A stretch of DNA of 64,000 bases from an uncultured delta proteobacterium (lineage in GTDB: Bacteria > Desulfobacterota > BSN033 > UBA1163): the NCBI GenBank assembly GCA_963708295.1, contig CAVPSJ010000004.1:384001-448000 (forward strand). Reading direction: 5' to 3'. The notes below the pieces were generated by a model. The model was not told where the DNA came from. It saw only the letters and a program-made list of their open reading frames with translations, and did not search any database. Position numbers and translations under genes: made by a program. Positions 26,843-37,948 of the stretch are shown piece by piece; within the stretch, counting starts at the first letter, position 1, and the number at the start of each line of letters is the position of its first letter.

Positions 26843-29146
26843 TTATCCACAGTCTGAGTAGCCGCAGGGGCACTTGGCACAGCCTTCTTCGAAATGAAGG
26901 GGACCTCCGCACTCAGGGCATGCCCCCCTGAAAAAGGGCGAACCCGATTCATTCTCACCTGCTGGTTTGGCAGCAAGAGAGGGGCCAAATGCTTCTTTTT
27001 CAAGCCAGGTTAGGGTTTTACCGGTGGGCGTGTTGGACGGTGCCCCAATTCTTTTGCTCTCTATATGCCATTCTATTGATTTGGCAATGGCATCGGCACA
27101 AGAGAGCACCTTTCCCGCTTGATGCCAGACAGGTATATGGCAACTTATTCCTTTCAATTGTTTAATCACGTCCTCCGGCTCAACTCCTGATCGAAAAGCC
27201 AGGGAAACCAGGCGACCGATCGCCTCGGATTGTGAGGCGACACAGCCACCCGCCTTTCCGATTTGATTGAAGATTTCGAAAAGTTTTCCCTCGCCATCTT
27301 CATTCACCGTTACATAGAGGTTTCCACACCCAGTCCGAATCTTCCGCGTAGAACCATGGATCGCGTCCTCTCGGGCCTTTGGCTTCTTTTCGATGGTTTG
27401 CGACTCTTCTTCTTTTTCCTTTCGATCTGTATGGAGTGGGACGACGCCTTTATAGAGAACCTGTTCTGTCCGACTCCCATCACGATAGATGGTTACTCCC
27501 TTACAGCCCAATTCATAAGCCAATAGATAAACCTTGGCCACATCCTCTATTGTAGCATCATGGGGAAAATTAACTGTTTTTGAGACCGCGTTATCTGTAT
27601 ATTTTTGAAATGCCGCCTGCATGCGGATATGATCCTCGGGAGAAATATCATGAGCTATGACAAAGAGTTTTCTGACTTTTTCTGGGACCTCCTGAAGATC
27701 TTGGGTACTGCCTTTTTGAGCAATTTTTTTCATGAGGTCTTCAGAATAGAAACCCTCCTGCTTGGCTGCTGTTTCGAAAAAAGGATTAACCTCCATGAGT
27801 TGCTTGCCATCCAGGACATGCCGTGTATAGGCCAATGCAAAGATGGGTTCAATCCCTGATGAAGCCCCTGCGATGATTGAGATGGTTCCTGTTGGGGCAA
27901 TCGTAGTGACAGTGGCATTTCGCATTGCATCCCAATGCTTTCTCAAAATGCTACCGCTGAAATTGGGAAAAGATCCTCTTTTCAAAGCCAATTCTCTCGA
28001 GGCCTTTCTTCCAATTTCTTGGATAAGTGCCATTATCTTCTCCCCGATGTTCAAGGCCTCGGGGGAGTTATATGGAATTCCCAATTGGATAAGGAGGTCG
28101 GCAAAACCCATAACTCCCAGGCCGATCTTCCTGTTCGCTTTGGTCATGGCATCAATCTGGGGAAGGGTGTAACAATTCATATCGATTACATTGTCCATAA
28201 AATGGACTGCTTTTGCTGTTACAGAGGCTAGCCTTTCCCAATGGATGCCCCCATCCTTTTTCATATTGGAGAGGTTGATTGAACCGAGGTTGCAAGACTC
28301 ATAAGGCAGCAGTGGCTGCTCACCACAAGGGTTGGTGCTTTCAATTTCTCCATGTTGCGGTGTGGGGTTATCTCGATTGATCCGGTCGATGAAGATAATG
28401 CCAGGATCCCCATTCTTCCATGCGTAATGGATAATCTTATCAAAGACCTCACGGGCATTAAGCCTGCGAACAATCTCCTTTGTCCTCGGATTCCGGAGAG
28501 GATACTCATTGTTCTTGGTCACTGCTTCCATAAATTCGTCAGTCGCGGCTACAGAAATATTAAAATTATTGAAAAGTTTGTCTCCCTCTTTGCATTGCAC
28601 GAAATCAAGGATATCGGGATGGTCCACTCGAAGAATACCCATATTCGCCCCTCTTCGAGTTCCTCCTTGTTTCACAGTCTCTGTTGCTGCATTGAAAACT
28701 CCCATGAATGAGACAGGTCCGCTGGAGACTCCCTTGGTAGAGCCAACCACGTCATTTTTTGGACGGAGCCTTGAAAAGGAAAAACCTGTTCCCCCACCGC
28801 TTTTCTGGATCAGAGCCATCTGTTTAACGGCATCGAAGATCTCCTCCATTGAATCCCCAACAGGAAGAACAAAACAAGCTGAGAGTTGTTGGAGTTCTCT
28901 TCCCGCATTCATTAATGTAGGTGAATTGGGCACGAAGTCTAACGATGCCATCAGGGAGTAGAATGCCTCCTCTGTCTCAATGATATTGGATTGGGGATCA
29001 TAATTAAGATCGGCCTGAGCGATGTTTCGTGCCACCCGGCGAAAAAGCTCCTTGGGCGTCTCGGTCACCTTTCCTTGGGTATCCTTTTTGAGGTACCGTT
29101 TTTCAAGCACGGTCATAGCATTCTGAGTGATGTGAGCCAATTCCAT
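26843..29146 (-). CDS. nrdJ: Class II (B12-dependent) ribonucleotide reductase with TSCPD-like C-terminus
   Basis: PNSPTLMNAG, QLSACFV, TNPCGEQPL, CNLGSINL, APTGTIS, C-terminal Cys cluster. Confidence 0.93.
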   Translation of the reverse strand: MELAHITQNAMTVLEKRYLKKDTQGKVTETPKELFRRVARNIAQADLNYDPQSNIIETEEAFYSLMASLDFVPNSPTLMNAGRELQQLSACFVLPVGDSMEEIFDAVKQMALIQKSGGGTGFSFSRLRPKNDVVGSTKGVSSGPVSFMGVFNAATETVKQGGTRRGANMGILRVDHPDILDFVQCKEGDKLFNNFNISVAATDEFMEAVTKNNEYPLRNPRTKEIVRRLNAREVFDKIIHYAWKNGDPGIIFIDRINRDNPTPQHGEIESTNPCGEQPLLPYESCNLGSINLSNMKKDGGIHWERLASVTAKAVHFMDNVIDMNCYTLPQIDAMTKANRKIGLGVMGFADLLIQLGIPYNSPEALNIGEKIMALIQEIGRKASRELALKRGSFPNFSGSILRKHWDAMRNATVTTIAPTGTISIIAGASSGIEPIFALAYTRHVLDGKQLMEVNPFFETAAKQEGFYSEDLMKKIAQKGSTQDLQEVPEKVRKLFVIAHDISPEDHIRMQAAFQKYTDNAVSKTVNFPHDATIEDVAKVYLLAYELGCKGVTIYRDGSRTEQVLYKGVVPLHTDRKEKEEESQTIEKKPKAREDAIHGSTRKIRTGCGNLYVTVNEDGEGKLFEIFNQIGKAGGCVASQSEAIGRLVSLAFRSGVEPEDVIKQLKGISCHIPVWHQAGKVLSCADAIAKSIEWHIESKRIGAPSNTPTGKTLTWLEKEAFGPSLAAKPAGENESGSPFFRGACPECGGPLHFEEGCAKCPCGYSDCG

Positions 29147-29245
29147 TTTCCGCTCCTTTATTAACTTTGAAAAGAGAGAGATAACACCGTCTACAATCCT
29201 GACGGAGAACTCAAAACCTTCAGGAAATTTCTTCAAAGATACATA

Positions 29246-31389
29246 TCAACATTTACATGATTCACCTATTTCCAAGGCTACTCCATCTTCGTTTTCTTTC
29301 ATGAAGTCATGGTTCCGGTACCGATTCTGTAACTCCCCGATCTTCCCTTTATTCCAGCTGGAGAGTTTAGTGAAATAGCCGGTGATCCGTGTAATGCCAT
29401 CGACATCCTCCGATCCACAGTAAGCACAAGAGGAGCGAAGCCCCCGGTTCGTCCGATTGCAGTCGTTGCAGGTGGTGAACTCCGGAGAGAAAGCGATCTG
29501 GTCGTTTTGAGTCAATCGAAAAGTTTTGACCACAAAATTAGCCAGAGACGCCTTCGAAGGCCTTGCCTCGCCCAGCCAAATGTGCGTCAAGGCGCCCGCC
29601 TCGATCAGAGGATGAAAGAGACCCTCCTGCCTCACTCGTTCAATGGGATTGAGGACCGCAGAATTGTTCAAGTAGGTGGAGTTCGTATAGTAGATTTCTC
29701 CCTTGGAGATATCCCCTTTAACAATGTGTCCCGATTTCGGCGAGTGATATTTAAGGTCTAATTTCGCAAATCGGTAGGCCGTGGATTCGGCGGGTGTCTG
29801 TTCCAGAACAAAACGCATCCCATAGCGCTGGCTGAATTTGTCTACCAGTAATTTCATATGGGCAATCACCTTGAGGCCGAATTTAAAGGCCTGCTTCGAT
29901 TGATGCATTTCCTGCCCGGTATGAATTTGGACCAGTTCATTGAGTCCCACCATACCGACTAAAAAACTGGCACGGTGCATTCTCAAATAAGGAGAGCCAT
30001 CCCGATCCATGGCCAGCAACGCCAGGGGCCCTTTCTCCCCTAAAGAAAGAAGTTTTTCAATGAAGCGTTTCTTTTCCAGATGGGCCTTCACCGCCATCTC
30101 AACAAACTCAGCGATTTTAGAAAAGAGCGTCGCGTCTTCCCCCTTGGCCAGGTAAGCGATTCTTGGAAGATTGAGTGTCACGTTCTGGAGGGCACAGTAT
30201 CGCATCTTCCAGGGCTGTTTGGCGTCTTCGAGGTCTGTTTGATCCAGTTTAAAACTGAGGCGGCAGCACTCGGAGATTTTGGCCGTCTCGCCACGATCGA
30301 AGACGAAGTAGGTATTCCCTTTCTCAGAGGCGACCTCACAGATGTGGTCAAGAAAATCTGCATGACCGGGGGTTTGAAAGAATTTCTCCGTGATATGGAC
30401 CAGCGGTTTTGGAAAGAAGAAGGGCCTTCCAGACCCGTCTCCTTCTTGGTAGACATCGAAGAGCGCTTTGGCAAATCGTTGGGATTCGTTCAAATAGTCG
30501 CTGATAGGTCTTTCCTGTAAATTCCCCGCCCGGACCGATGGCAGGGACATTTTCAAAATGTTTGGGGATCTCCCAATAAAGGTTGAGGTCGGTGAAGATC
30601 GCCTGTCCCCCTCGGGCGACCGCTTGTTGGGAGAATTCGAAGATCATCATCTGGGCCAATTGTTCCAGTTCTTGATCCGACATCCCCACCAGATAGGGTG
30701 CAAAAAAGAGATTGATGGAATCCCAGCCAATCGCCCCGGCAATATGGTTCTTAAGGGCCGCAGTAAATCTAACCATGTGGGCGAGCAACACCTCCGGATG
30801 TTTGGCAGGCTTGGCCATCGCGATTAAGTTAGGAAGGCTCAGGCCAAAGCGTTTGACGTATTCGAGGGATTGATGGCAACAGTAAGGCCGGTCAACAGAG
30901 CCGAGACTATGAAGATGGATATCCCCACGCATATGGGCATCGGCGATGTCCTGCGAGAAGACACTGAGCAGGGCGTATTCCTTCTTGATTCTCTCGGCTA
31001 AGGTGAGGTTGGTGGCTTCAGGGCCATGAGGAACATTGGCATTCTCTTTATTGGGATGGAGGATGAGCTGATCGACATCGTAAAGAGGCATTCCTAAGCG
31101 GGCATGCATCTTGCGGGCTTGTTCCAGTCCCCTTTCAACCAGCTTGGTGTCCACGAGTTCGCGGATGAGAGGGGTAGTGATCAATTTGATCTTGGAGGTG
31201 GCAATTAAATCTTCTACCTCCCGGGCGATCTCCTTCGCTGTTTCAAAATCCACATACGTCTCGCGCATGAGGGCATCGACGATTCGCTGCCGATCCCAGC
31301 CCAACATCGCTTCATCCGAAGTGCGGACGAAGAGAGCCATATCCGTGGTTTCGACTTCTTTTTTGAAGTTCTTGAGGATTCTCTTTCAT
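29246..31389 (-). CDS. nrdD: Class III anaerobic ribonucleoside-triphosphate reductase (frameshifts near 30505 and 31360)
   Basis: ATP cone, H..GDIHLH, RPYCC, ISECCRL, EQTPAESTAYRFA, YYTNS, CxxC pairs, glycyl-radical RITGYF; split across ORFs 30348-31340 and 29246-30556. Confidence 0.88.
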
Positions 31390-31457
31390 CTCGATTACGG
31401 TTGCCATTTAATCTCGCCTTTTATCTTACGGTAGAAGGGTAAAAAGATGTTCAGAAG

Positions 31458-31503
31458 GGCTATATTTAGTGCGACCAAAGATGTTTACAACAAGATATTG
31501 TGA
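31458..31503 (-). promoter_or_regulatory. Tandem NrdR boxes
   Basis: CACAATATCTTGT and CACTAAATATAGC about 31 bp apart, just downstream of TTGACA (31506-31511), upstream of nrdD. Confidence 0.8.
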
Positions 31504-31554
31504 CTTGTCAAGAGAAAACCCTGCTTGTGAAAAAAAATATTTGTCCCGATTTCT

Positions 31555-34500
31555 TCATGGGCTTTGCTCCGAACTCCGAGTTCCTGACCCTTTGCTATTT
31601 TTTTCCTTATGATTGGAGGAAGGGGCCTTTTGGAATGGTCTCAGAGGCGTTCCGAGGAGGCGTTTGATGATCCCCCAGGTACTCTCTTCCACAATTTTAA
31701 AAGGGATGGCTTCAATCTTTGGATCATCCAGGTTTCCTTTCACCCGATAGAAATAAGAGATGAAACCCTTGTCTTCCCCCGTGATAATGTAGCCGGCAAT
31801 GGGAACGCTGCTTAGTATCGTATCAATCGTTACCAGAGGATGAACTCCTATCCTCAGATCAATTAAGTTTTTCCCCAGGTCGATTTTCCCGAGAAGCGTG
31901 ATTCTCATGGCGTCACTATCAACCAGAAAATCGTCTGTGGTGGCCACCCCGTCCATCACATGAAAATTTCCCAGGATCTGACGATAGGGAAGCCCCTTCG
32001 TTCTCAAATCCGGGAGCCTTCCCTTGAGCAACTGGGAGACGTTCAGGATGGAGAAGATTTTGGAAAGGATGTTAAATCTTTCGATCACACCGTTCTCAAA
32101 TTCGAGCCTGAGCCCTCCGTTGAGGGATTCTTTCATCTTTTGATAATCCTTCCCTTCTCCTCTCAACTCCACTTTATCGATGTGAACTCTTCCGGTGATC
32201 ATCACCCTTTCCTCCGCCTCTTTTTGGAAAAGGGTTCGGATAAAGGCCTTGGCCTCCATATTAGAAAAACGGGGTTTGATCTCAATGCTTACCCCCTTTT
32301 CCGTCGGCTTTATCCACCCCTCCCCCCAGAGGTCCCCTTCATTGGCTTTGAATTGGAGAGAAGTGATAAACAGCGTTCCATCGATTGTCTTCATTTCTCC
32401 GTTCAGATCTTGACAATGAAGGCTGCGGTATTTCGCCTGATCGATCTTTATCTTACCATCGATCGACCAATCTAAAAGCCCGTCCCTTATCCTCTCAAGA
32501 GAAATGGGGGAGGTTCCCTCTCTTTTCGGAAAGAGCGAATCAAGGTCCAGTTGCGGAGAAGAAATCTGAAAGGAGAGCCTACCCGATTCCGGAAAACCCG
32601 AACCTTTTCCAACCTTTTGGGAGGAGACAGATGAAGAAGGCGACCTCTGGAAGAGGGTGCCGGAAGCGGTGACGGGGGAATCTCCCACCCTTCCTTTCAA
32701 CTCATCGAATCGAATCTGCCCAGGGACCACAGAAATGAAACCATCGAAATGGGAGAGAGGAACAGGTATCTCCCGGTGGCGAAGGTCGATGGCCTTTAAT
32801 CGTATCTCACCCTCCTTTAAGGCACCGATCCAGTCTTCCATCTTTCCCTGCCATTTCAGCCGAACCTCTGCTGCTCCGTTGAGCTCTTGAATCCCTTCCA
32901 CTTGCGATCGGATCGGGTCCGGGAAGAGCGGTGACTTGATGAGGGAAAACATGTGTTTCAGATCAATCGAACCCCATGTCGACAAACTCACATCTCCCCC
33001 TCTGATCCATCCGTCCAATGTCAGGGAGGAACTACCCGATTGGATCTTGGTCTTTGAAAAACCCATTCCCGAGTTCGAAAACGAAACCTCTCCCTCTTTC
33101 AAGACGAGGGGGATAGGATTCCCTTTTTGAAGGAGTGAAACTTCTCTTGGAATAAATTCCCCTTCATAAGAAAAAAGGGCAGTCCCTGAGGGAGATTTCC
33201 CTCTGAATGAGAATTGACTTATTCCTGAAAGGGCTTCGAAGCCATCTGTTTTAGAACGCACCTCTCCGGGGAGGAGAGACGATTGAAAAAGGGAAAAAAG
33301 ATTTTTTATATCCATTCTTCCCTCGGCCTTGATCTCGACGGAAGGATCCTTCGCTCCGTGTTTCCAAAGGCCATTTGTCACCAGAGACGAATTACCAAAC
33401 TCCGCCCTCGCCCCTGACCATTTGAGATCATCGTCTGAAAGTTCTAATCGTCCTTCTCCGATTTGGATCGGGAATGGGATTTGGGGCTGAGTGAATCGGG
33501 CCTTTGAAAGATTGTAGATCCCATGGTGCTCAAGACGGATGGGGGGGATAAGGATCCCTTTGGCAGAGAGGGAATATCGTGCCTCTCCCGAAAGGATGTG
33601 GATGGAGGAAAGGGCACGGCTGAATTCTACAGGGATCCCTTCGGACTTTGAGAGACCGGGAAGATCCCTTAAGTCAAGTTTCCCCTGACAATCGAGTTGA
33701 AGTGTCGGGCCGTGAAGAAGCTCTGAAAAGGTGGCGTTGACTTTCTCCAGGGTCGAATGAAAGGTTCTTCCATGGACCTCTTTCAGATAAAGGTGACCTT
33801 TTTGAAAGAGAACCTGGCCTTGGAGATCCTCAAGGGGCGGAAAGTCCCAGGGAAGTTTCAAGTGAGCTCCGTCGAGCTTCGCCTCAACGGAGAGGACATG
33901 GGCATTGGCAGGCTGATCGCAGTGATCAATCTCCTCCATCTTCCCCGAAAGCTTGACAGAGACCGCTTGGAACGAGCCCTTTCCTTCCGACCGGAAGAGC
34001 CGGTCCGAGACGTCCGGAGTGATGATCCGGAAGGGGATGAATTTCTTGCCCTCTGCAATATCGAAGGGGCTGGTGGATGCTTCGGCTTCCATTCCCATCT
34101 CTTGGGAACCGATATCATAAACCCTCCCCTTGGCCTTGATCCGTACCTCCGGCAATTCAATCAAGAACCGGGGAATCTTGAAATCTTTTGCATCATACGC
34201 CGCTTCAAAGTTGAGGTTTAGCCATTTGGGCTTCAGAATGAATGAAAACACCCGGGGGTAGTCAAAAACGACTTCCGTCATCGTGATCTTTGCGGAAGCC
34301 TTAAAGGGGCCATGCAACTCTCCTCGATACTGCGCATGGAGGTCCAGGATTCCTGATATCCTTTTCATGGGAAGAACCGCCTCGAGGTAGGGCCAGAAAT
34401 GAAGCGTTTCAATCCCCTTCATCTTCACCTCCGCATCTATTCTCCCTTTTGAAAAATCCATATCTTCAGGAATATTTTGGAGGGTTCCATGGGCGGAAAA

Positions 34501-35136
34501 CTGGCCGTCCTTCTTGGAATGAAGAATCTTTCCGCTGATATGAAACGGAAAGGCTTCACGAGAGGAAATGTTGGGGAGTTCAAAATTGAAAGACCGTATT
34601 TCTGTTTTCAACGGGAGATCGCCGAGGCTGTCATCTGAGAAAAAAACCTCTCCACTTCTGATGGTCAAGGAGCATCCGGAGAGAGACGAAACCGCCTCCA
34701 GAATCGTCTGACGCGTTTCCTTCCGTTTTTCACCGGCCGGAGGAGGGTCGGAGAAAAGGTTGAGCTGACCGTTTTTATCTCTGATGACCCGCAGCGTGGG
34801 TCGGTCAACGACAATTCGCTTCCATTTGATTTCTCTTTTGAGGAGAGGAAAGAGCTTCACTTTTAAGAGAAGCCTCTTGGCCTGAAGAAGATCGAAGGTC
34901 AGAGAGCGATCCCTGATTCGGAAGTCCTCAAACGCTATTCCCACACCGTCCCATAAATTTATTTTGGCCTTCCCGATGGAGACTTCCCTGTCTAGAGCGG
35001 TCGTCAAGGACTTCTCAAGGGCGTTTCGGTAAAGAACTGGGTCGAGGAGATAGCGGGTCAATAAAAGGATGAAGGCTCCGACGACGATGATCGGAATCAA
35101 GATCCAGAGAATATACCACTTTCTGCGACGACTCAT
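31555..35136 (-). CDS. AsmA/YhdP-like large periplasmic bridge protein
   Basis: N-terminal TM anchor, long beta-rich body, AsmA-like C-terminus (V.GNLDDPKI). Confidence 0.8.
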   Translation of the reverse strand: MSRRRKWYILWILIPIIVVGAFILLLTRYLLDPVLYRNALEKSLTTALDREVSIGKAKINLWDGVGIAFEDFRIRDRSLTFDLLQAKRLLLKVKLFPLLKREIKWKRIVVDRPTLRVIRDKNGQLNLFSDPPPAGEKRKETRQTILEAVSSLSGCSLTIRSGEVFFSDDSLGDLPLKTEIRSFNFELPNISSREAFPFHISGKILHSKKDGQFSAHGTLQNIPEDMDFSKGRIDAEVKMKGIETLHFWPYLEAVLPMKRISGILDLHAQYRGELHGPFKASAKITMTEVVFDYPRVFSFILKPKWLNLNFEAAYDAKDFKIPRFLIELPEVRIKAKGRVYDIGSQEMGMEAEASTSPFDIAEGKKFIPFRIITPDVSDRLFRSEGKGSFQAVSVKLSGKMEEIDHCDQPANAHVLSVEAKLDGAHLKLPWDFPPLEDLQGQVLFQKGHLYLKEVHGRTFHSTLEKVNATFSELLHGPTLQLDCQGKLDLRDLPGLSKSEGIPVEFSRALSSIHILSGEARYSLSAKGILIPPIRLEHHGIYNLSKARFTQPQIPFPIQIGEGRLELSDDDLKWSGARAEFGNSSLVTNGLWKHGAKDPSVEIKAEGRMDIKNLFSLFQSSLLPGEVRSKTDGFEALSGISQFSFRGKSPSGTALFSYEGEFIPREVSLLQKGNPIPLVLKEGEVSFSNSGMGFSKTKIQSGSSSLTLDGWIRGGDVSLSTWGSIDLKHMFSLIKSPLFPDPIRSQVEGIQELNGAAEVRLKWQGKMEDWIGALKEGEIRLKAIDLRHREIPVPLSHFDGFISVVPGQIRFDELKGRVGDSPVTASGTLFQRSPSSSVSSQKVGKGSGFPESGRLSFQISSPQLDLDSLFPKREGTSPISLERIRDGLLDWSIDGKIKIDQAKYRSLHCQDLNGEMKTIDGTLFITSLQFKANEGDLWGEGWIKPTEKGVSIEIKPRFSNMEAKAFIRTLFQKEAEERVMITGRVHIDKVELRGEGKDYQKMKESLNGGLRLEFENGVIERFNILSKIFSILNVSQLLKGRLPDLRTKGLPYRQILGNFHVMDGVATTDDFLVDSDAMRITLLGKIDLGKNLIDLRIGVHPLVTIDTILSSVPIAGYIITGEDKGFISYFYRVKGNLDDPKIEAIPFKIVEESTWGIIKRLLGTPLRPFQKAPSSNHKEKNSKGSGTRSSEQSP

Positions 35137-35156
35137 CTTTGCGCATCCAAGGGTAA

Positions 35157-35320
35157 AAATCCGAAGCACGAAATCCGAAATTTTAAACAACTCCGAATGA
35201 CAGAAATACAAAATTCAAAACCTACCCGATTAGGCCACTGGGTCATTTTGATTTAGGATTTGTTTCGGATTGGTCCGGGGCGGACGCTTCACCCGATATT
35301 CGGATTTCGAATTTTGAATT
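35157..35320. repeat. Inverted ~7-nt-period intergenic repeat with nested 35-bp module
   Basis: AAATCCG AAGCACG AAATCCG... and complementary right arm; module 35267-35301 recurs inverted at 39101-39135. Confidence 0.65.
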
Positions 35321-35338
35321 TCCTTCATTCCCTGAATT

Positions 35339-36064
35339 CTAATTTGTCTTGATCGCGTGGGCCAACGTGAGGACGTCTACCCTTTCCGCTCCCCCTTTTA
35401 GCAACCCCTTCGAGCACTCGTTCACCGTAGCTCCCGTGGTATAAACATCATCAATGAGAAGAACCGACTTGCCCGATAATTTTTCTTTCTCGGTCACATA
35501 GAAAACCCCTTTTAACCCCTTTTCCCTTTCCATCCCGCTCAGATTCACCTGAGGAAGAGTGGGCTTCTTTTTTTTGAGGATTGTTTTGAGGACCGGAATG
35601 CCTGTCCGGCGACTCAACTCTTCAGCGAGGAGGAGTGCTTGATTGAATCCTCTTTCCCTTAATCGCTGGGGATGAAGCGGGACGGGAATCAGAAGATCGA
35701 GAAAGTGAAGATCCCAATAACGGTTCAAGCCTTCTGCCATCCATTCCGCAAAAAAAGAGGTGAGATGGGTTTTCCCTCCATATTTCCATCGATGGACTGC
35801 ACCCTGGAGAGACCCTTCAAAGGCTGCCGAAGCCCTTGCCATTCTAAAATATTTTCTATGGATCAAACAACTACCGCAAGGATGGTTTTCGCTTTCCCCG
35901 GAGACAAAAGGAGTCCCGCAAATGGAACAAAAGGGAGGTTCGATCCAGCGGACCTCCGAGAGACAGCTTTCGCAGAACCCCTGCTGACCTTCCTCCAGAA
36001 ATTTCCCGCAGCACGGGCATTGCGGGGGGAGAAAAAACTGAAACGCCGCTGACTGAAATTTCAT
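35339..36064 (-). CDS. comF: ComF-family protein (double zinc ribbon + PRTase)
   Basis: Four CxxC, PVPLH..RLRERGFNQA, LIDDVYTTGAT. Confidence 0.9.
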   Translation of the reverse strand: MKFQSAAFQFFLPPQCPCCGKFLEEGQQGFCESCLSEVRWIEPPFCSICGTPFVSGESENHPCGSCLIHRKYFRMARASAAFEGSLQGAVHRWKYGGKTHLTSFFAEWMAEGLNRYWDLHFLDLLIPVPLHPQRLRERGFNQALLLAEELSRRTGIPVLKTILKKKKPTLPQVNLSGMEREKGLKGVFYVTEKEKLSGKSVLLIDDVYTTGATVNECSKGLLKGGAERVDVLTLAHAIKTN

Positions 36065-36144
36065 GACTGACTCCAGTGGATGCCTGCCGCAGCCTGGCCA
36101 GCCAGCGCAGGGGACAGGCTCGTGGCTGGATGGAAGATCGAAAA

Positions 36145-37515
36145 TTAAAACGAGGGGGTTAGCCTTTCAGGAAAAGAAAGGGGAGAAACGGAGGGGATCG
36201 CTTTTTCGCCTTCCTTAATCATATAGGTGCTCCACTGATGGCATTGAGGGCAGTAGGCAATCCATTCTTTGGATTCTCTTTCACAAGTGGTGCAATAGAA
36301 AGAAAGGTAGGAAGTTCCGCTCAATTCAAAAGTCTTCTCAAATTCTTGGGCAGCGCGGCTAAAGTCTTTCTTGTGAAGGTAGATTTCCGCGAGAAGCCTG
36401 TGAAGGGCCGGGAAATCCTTTACCCTTAAACTAATGTCGTTGATCTCCTCAAGAGCTTCATCCAACATTTCCAACCTCAAGCAGAGCTTTGCGTAAAAGA
36501 ATGCAAGCACCCAATTTTCGGGATCGTACCGAAGCGCCCTTTGGTAGATGCGGAAGAGCGTGCTCGGGTCCTCCCTGCTAAGATAAAGTTCTTCCAAGCG
36601 AAGAATGAAGACAATGGATTTGAACCGGGTGAAACTCTTTCCCCAGACATTCCCAGCGGTGGTCCATCTTCCCATTTGAAGGTAGATATCTCCGAGCAGT
36701 ACAAATCCGGGCTGAAAGGTCTTCCGTTCTCGAATAATCTCTTTGGCATCTTTCAGAGCATTTTCCAGATTTCGCTCCCCCCCCCGGCTTAAAAGATCTC
36801 TGGCACGCTCATATTTCAGCCCCAAATAGAAAAGGGTCTCCTCTTCCTCTGCCTGTTTTCCCTTGATGGATTTGAGTAGGGACCTCTGGATCTGGATTGC
36901 TTCCTCCCATCGTTTGCTGCCCAGATAGATTTGCCTCAGACTTTTCTGCGCGTTGAGATTTGTCTCGTCCAAACCGACGGCGCGGTTCAAGGTCCGGATG
37001 GCTTCATCGAATCGCTTCATGCGTTGGTACACTTCGGCCTGGCGGAGGAGAATTTCTATGTTCCTCATATCGATCAACTCCGCTCTTCCCAGCCAATGAA
37101 GCGCATCTTGTTCGTTACCCTCCTGGACGGCGATCTCTGAAAGCCGGAGATAGAGATCGATTTGGGTGGGATCTCTTTTTAATACCTCAACAAAGTGCGC
37201 TTTCGCCTTGGCCAGATCCCCTCGAAGGAAAACATCCATCCCCTTACTCAGTTCCTCCTTGAGAGATTCTTCCTTCTTTTTTTGGCGAGATTTCTGAAAA
37301 CCCTCGATGGCCCGTTTGGCATCCCGCGCCAAAAAGCCCATGAAGATCAACATGGCTCCCAATACAAAAGAGGAGATCATCAACGTAGAGAGATTCGTAG
37401 AAATGGTTTTCCCGAAAAAGTGGAACTCCTCCACTCCCATGGGGTTATCGAATGAAAGCCAGAGGAAAAAACCCATCACGACGAAAAGAAAGCTCAACAA
37501 AATTTTCGCTAGCAT
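36145..37515 (-). CDS. TPR protein, LapA/LapB-like with C-terminal CxxC pairs
   Basis: Two N-terminal TMs, TPRs, CTTC...W..YCPQC.QW. Confidence 0.75.
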   Translation of the reverse strand: MLAKILLSFLFVVMGFFLWLSFDNPMGVEEFHFFGKTISTNLSTLMISSFVLGAMLIFMGFLARDAKRAIEGFQKSRQKKKEESLKEELSKGMDVFLRGDLAKAKAHFVEVLKRDPTQIDLYLRLSEIAVQEGNEQDALHWLGRAELIDMRNIEILLRQAEVYQRMKRFDEAIRTLNRAVGLDETNLNAQKSLRQIYLGSKRWEEAIQIQRSLLKSIKGKQAEEEETLFYLGLKYERARDLLSRGGERNLENALKDAKEIIRERKTFQPGFVLLGDIYLQMGRWTTAGNVWGKSFTRFKSIVFILRLEELYLSREDPSTLFRIYQRALRYDPENWVLAFFYAKLCLRLEMLDEALEEINDISLRVKDFPALHRLLAEIYLHKKDFSRAAQEFEKTFELSGTSYLSFYCTTCERESKEWIAYCPQCHQWSTYMIKEGEKAIPSVSPLSFPERLTPSF

Positions 37516-37519
37516 TTTT

Positions 37520-37948
37520 CTAAAACTTTCCTTTTTCCAGTTTGGTTAAACAAGGGACACAATATTTCGCCACCGGTCGAACCTCGAGCCGCTTTAAGCT
37601 AATCGGTCCCCCACACTCCTCGCAAACGCCGTAGGTCCCGCTCTCAATCCGGTCGAGAGATTCATCCACTTCTTTGAGCCTCGCTCGCTCATTCTCGTTT
37701 AAGCTGAGCAGGACTTGCTTGTTATAAATATTGGCCGCCTCATCCCCGATGTCCTGAGTCCCATCTTGCCCCATTTCCTTTGAAGATTCAACAATCTGTT
37801 TCACATCACCGACGATCTGCTCCCGCTCTTTGAAAAGAATTTTCCTAAATTTCGCGATCGTCTTCTTATCCAGCTTATCTGCTTCCCTTTTCTGATCCAC
37901 CGATTCCTTTTTCTGAACCGCTCGGGGTTTGACTTTTTCTTTAACCAA
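37520..37948 (-). CDS. dksA: DksA/TraR C4 zinc-finger protein
   Basis: DIGDEA, YGVCEECG.PI...RL..RP.A.YCV.C. Confidence 0.85.
   Translation of the reverse strand: MVKEKVKPRAVQKKESVDQKREADKLDKKTIAKFRKILFKEREQIVGDVKQIVESSKEMGQDGTQDIGDEAANIYNKQVLLSLNENERARLKEVDESLDRIESGTYGVCEECGGPISLKRLEVRPVAKYCVPCLTKLEKGKF

Noticed and set aside
30348-30556. Programmed frameshift, intein or intron in nrdD or nrdJ
   Set aside because: No intein or homing-endonuclease motifs or extra length; the break matches the window-wide indel pattern
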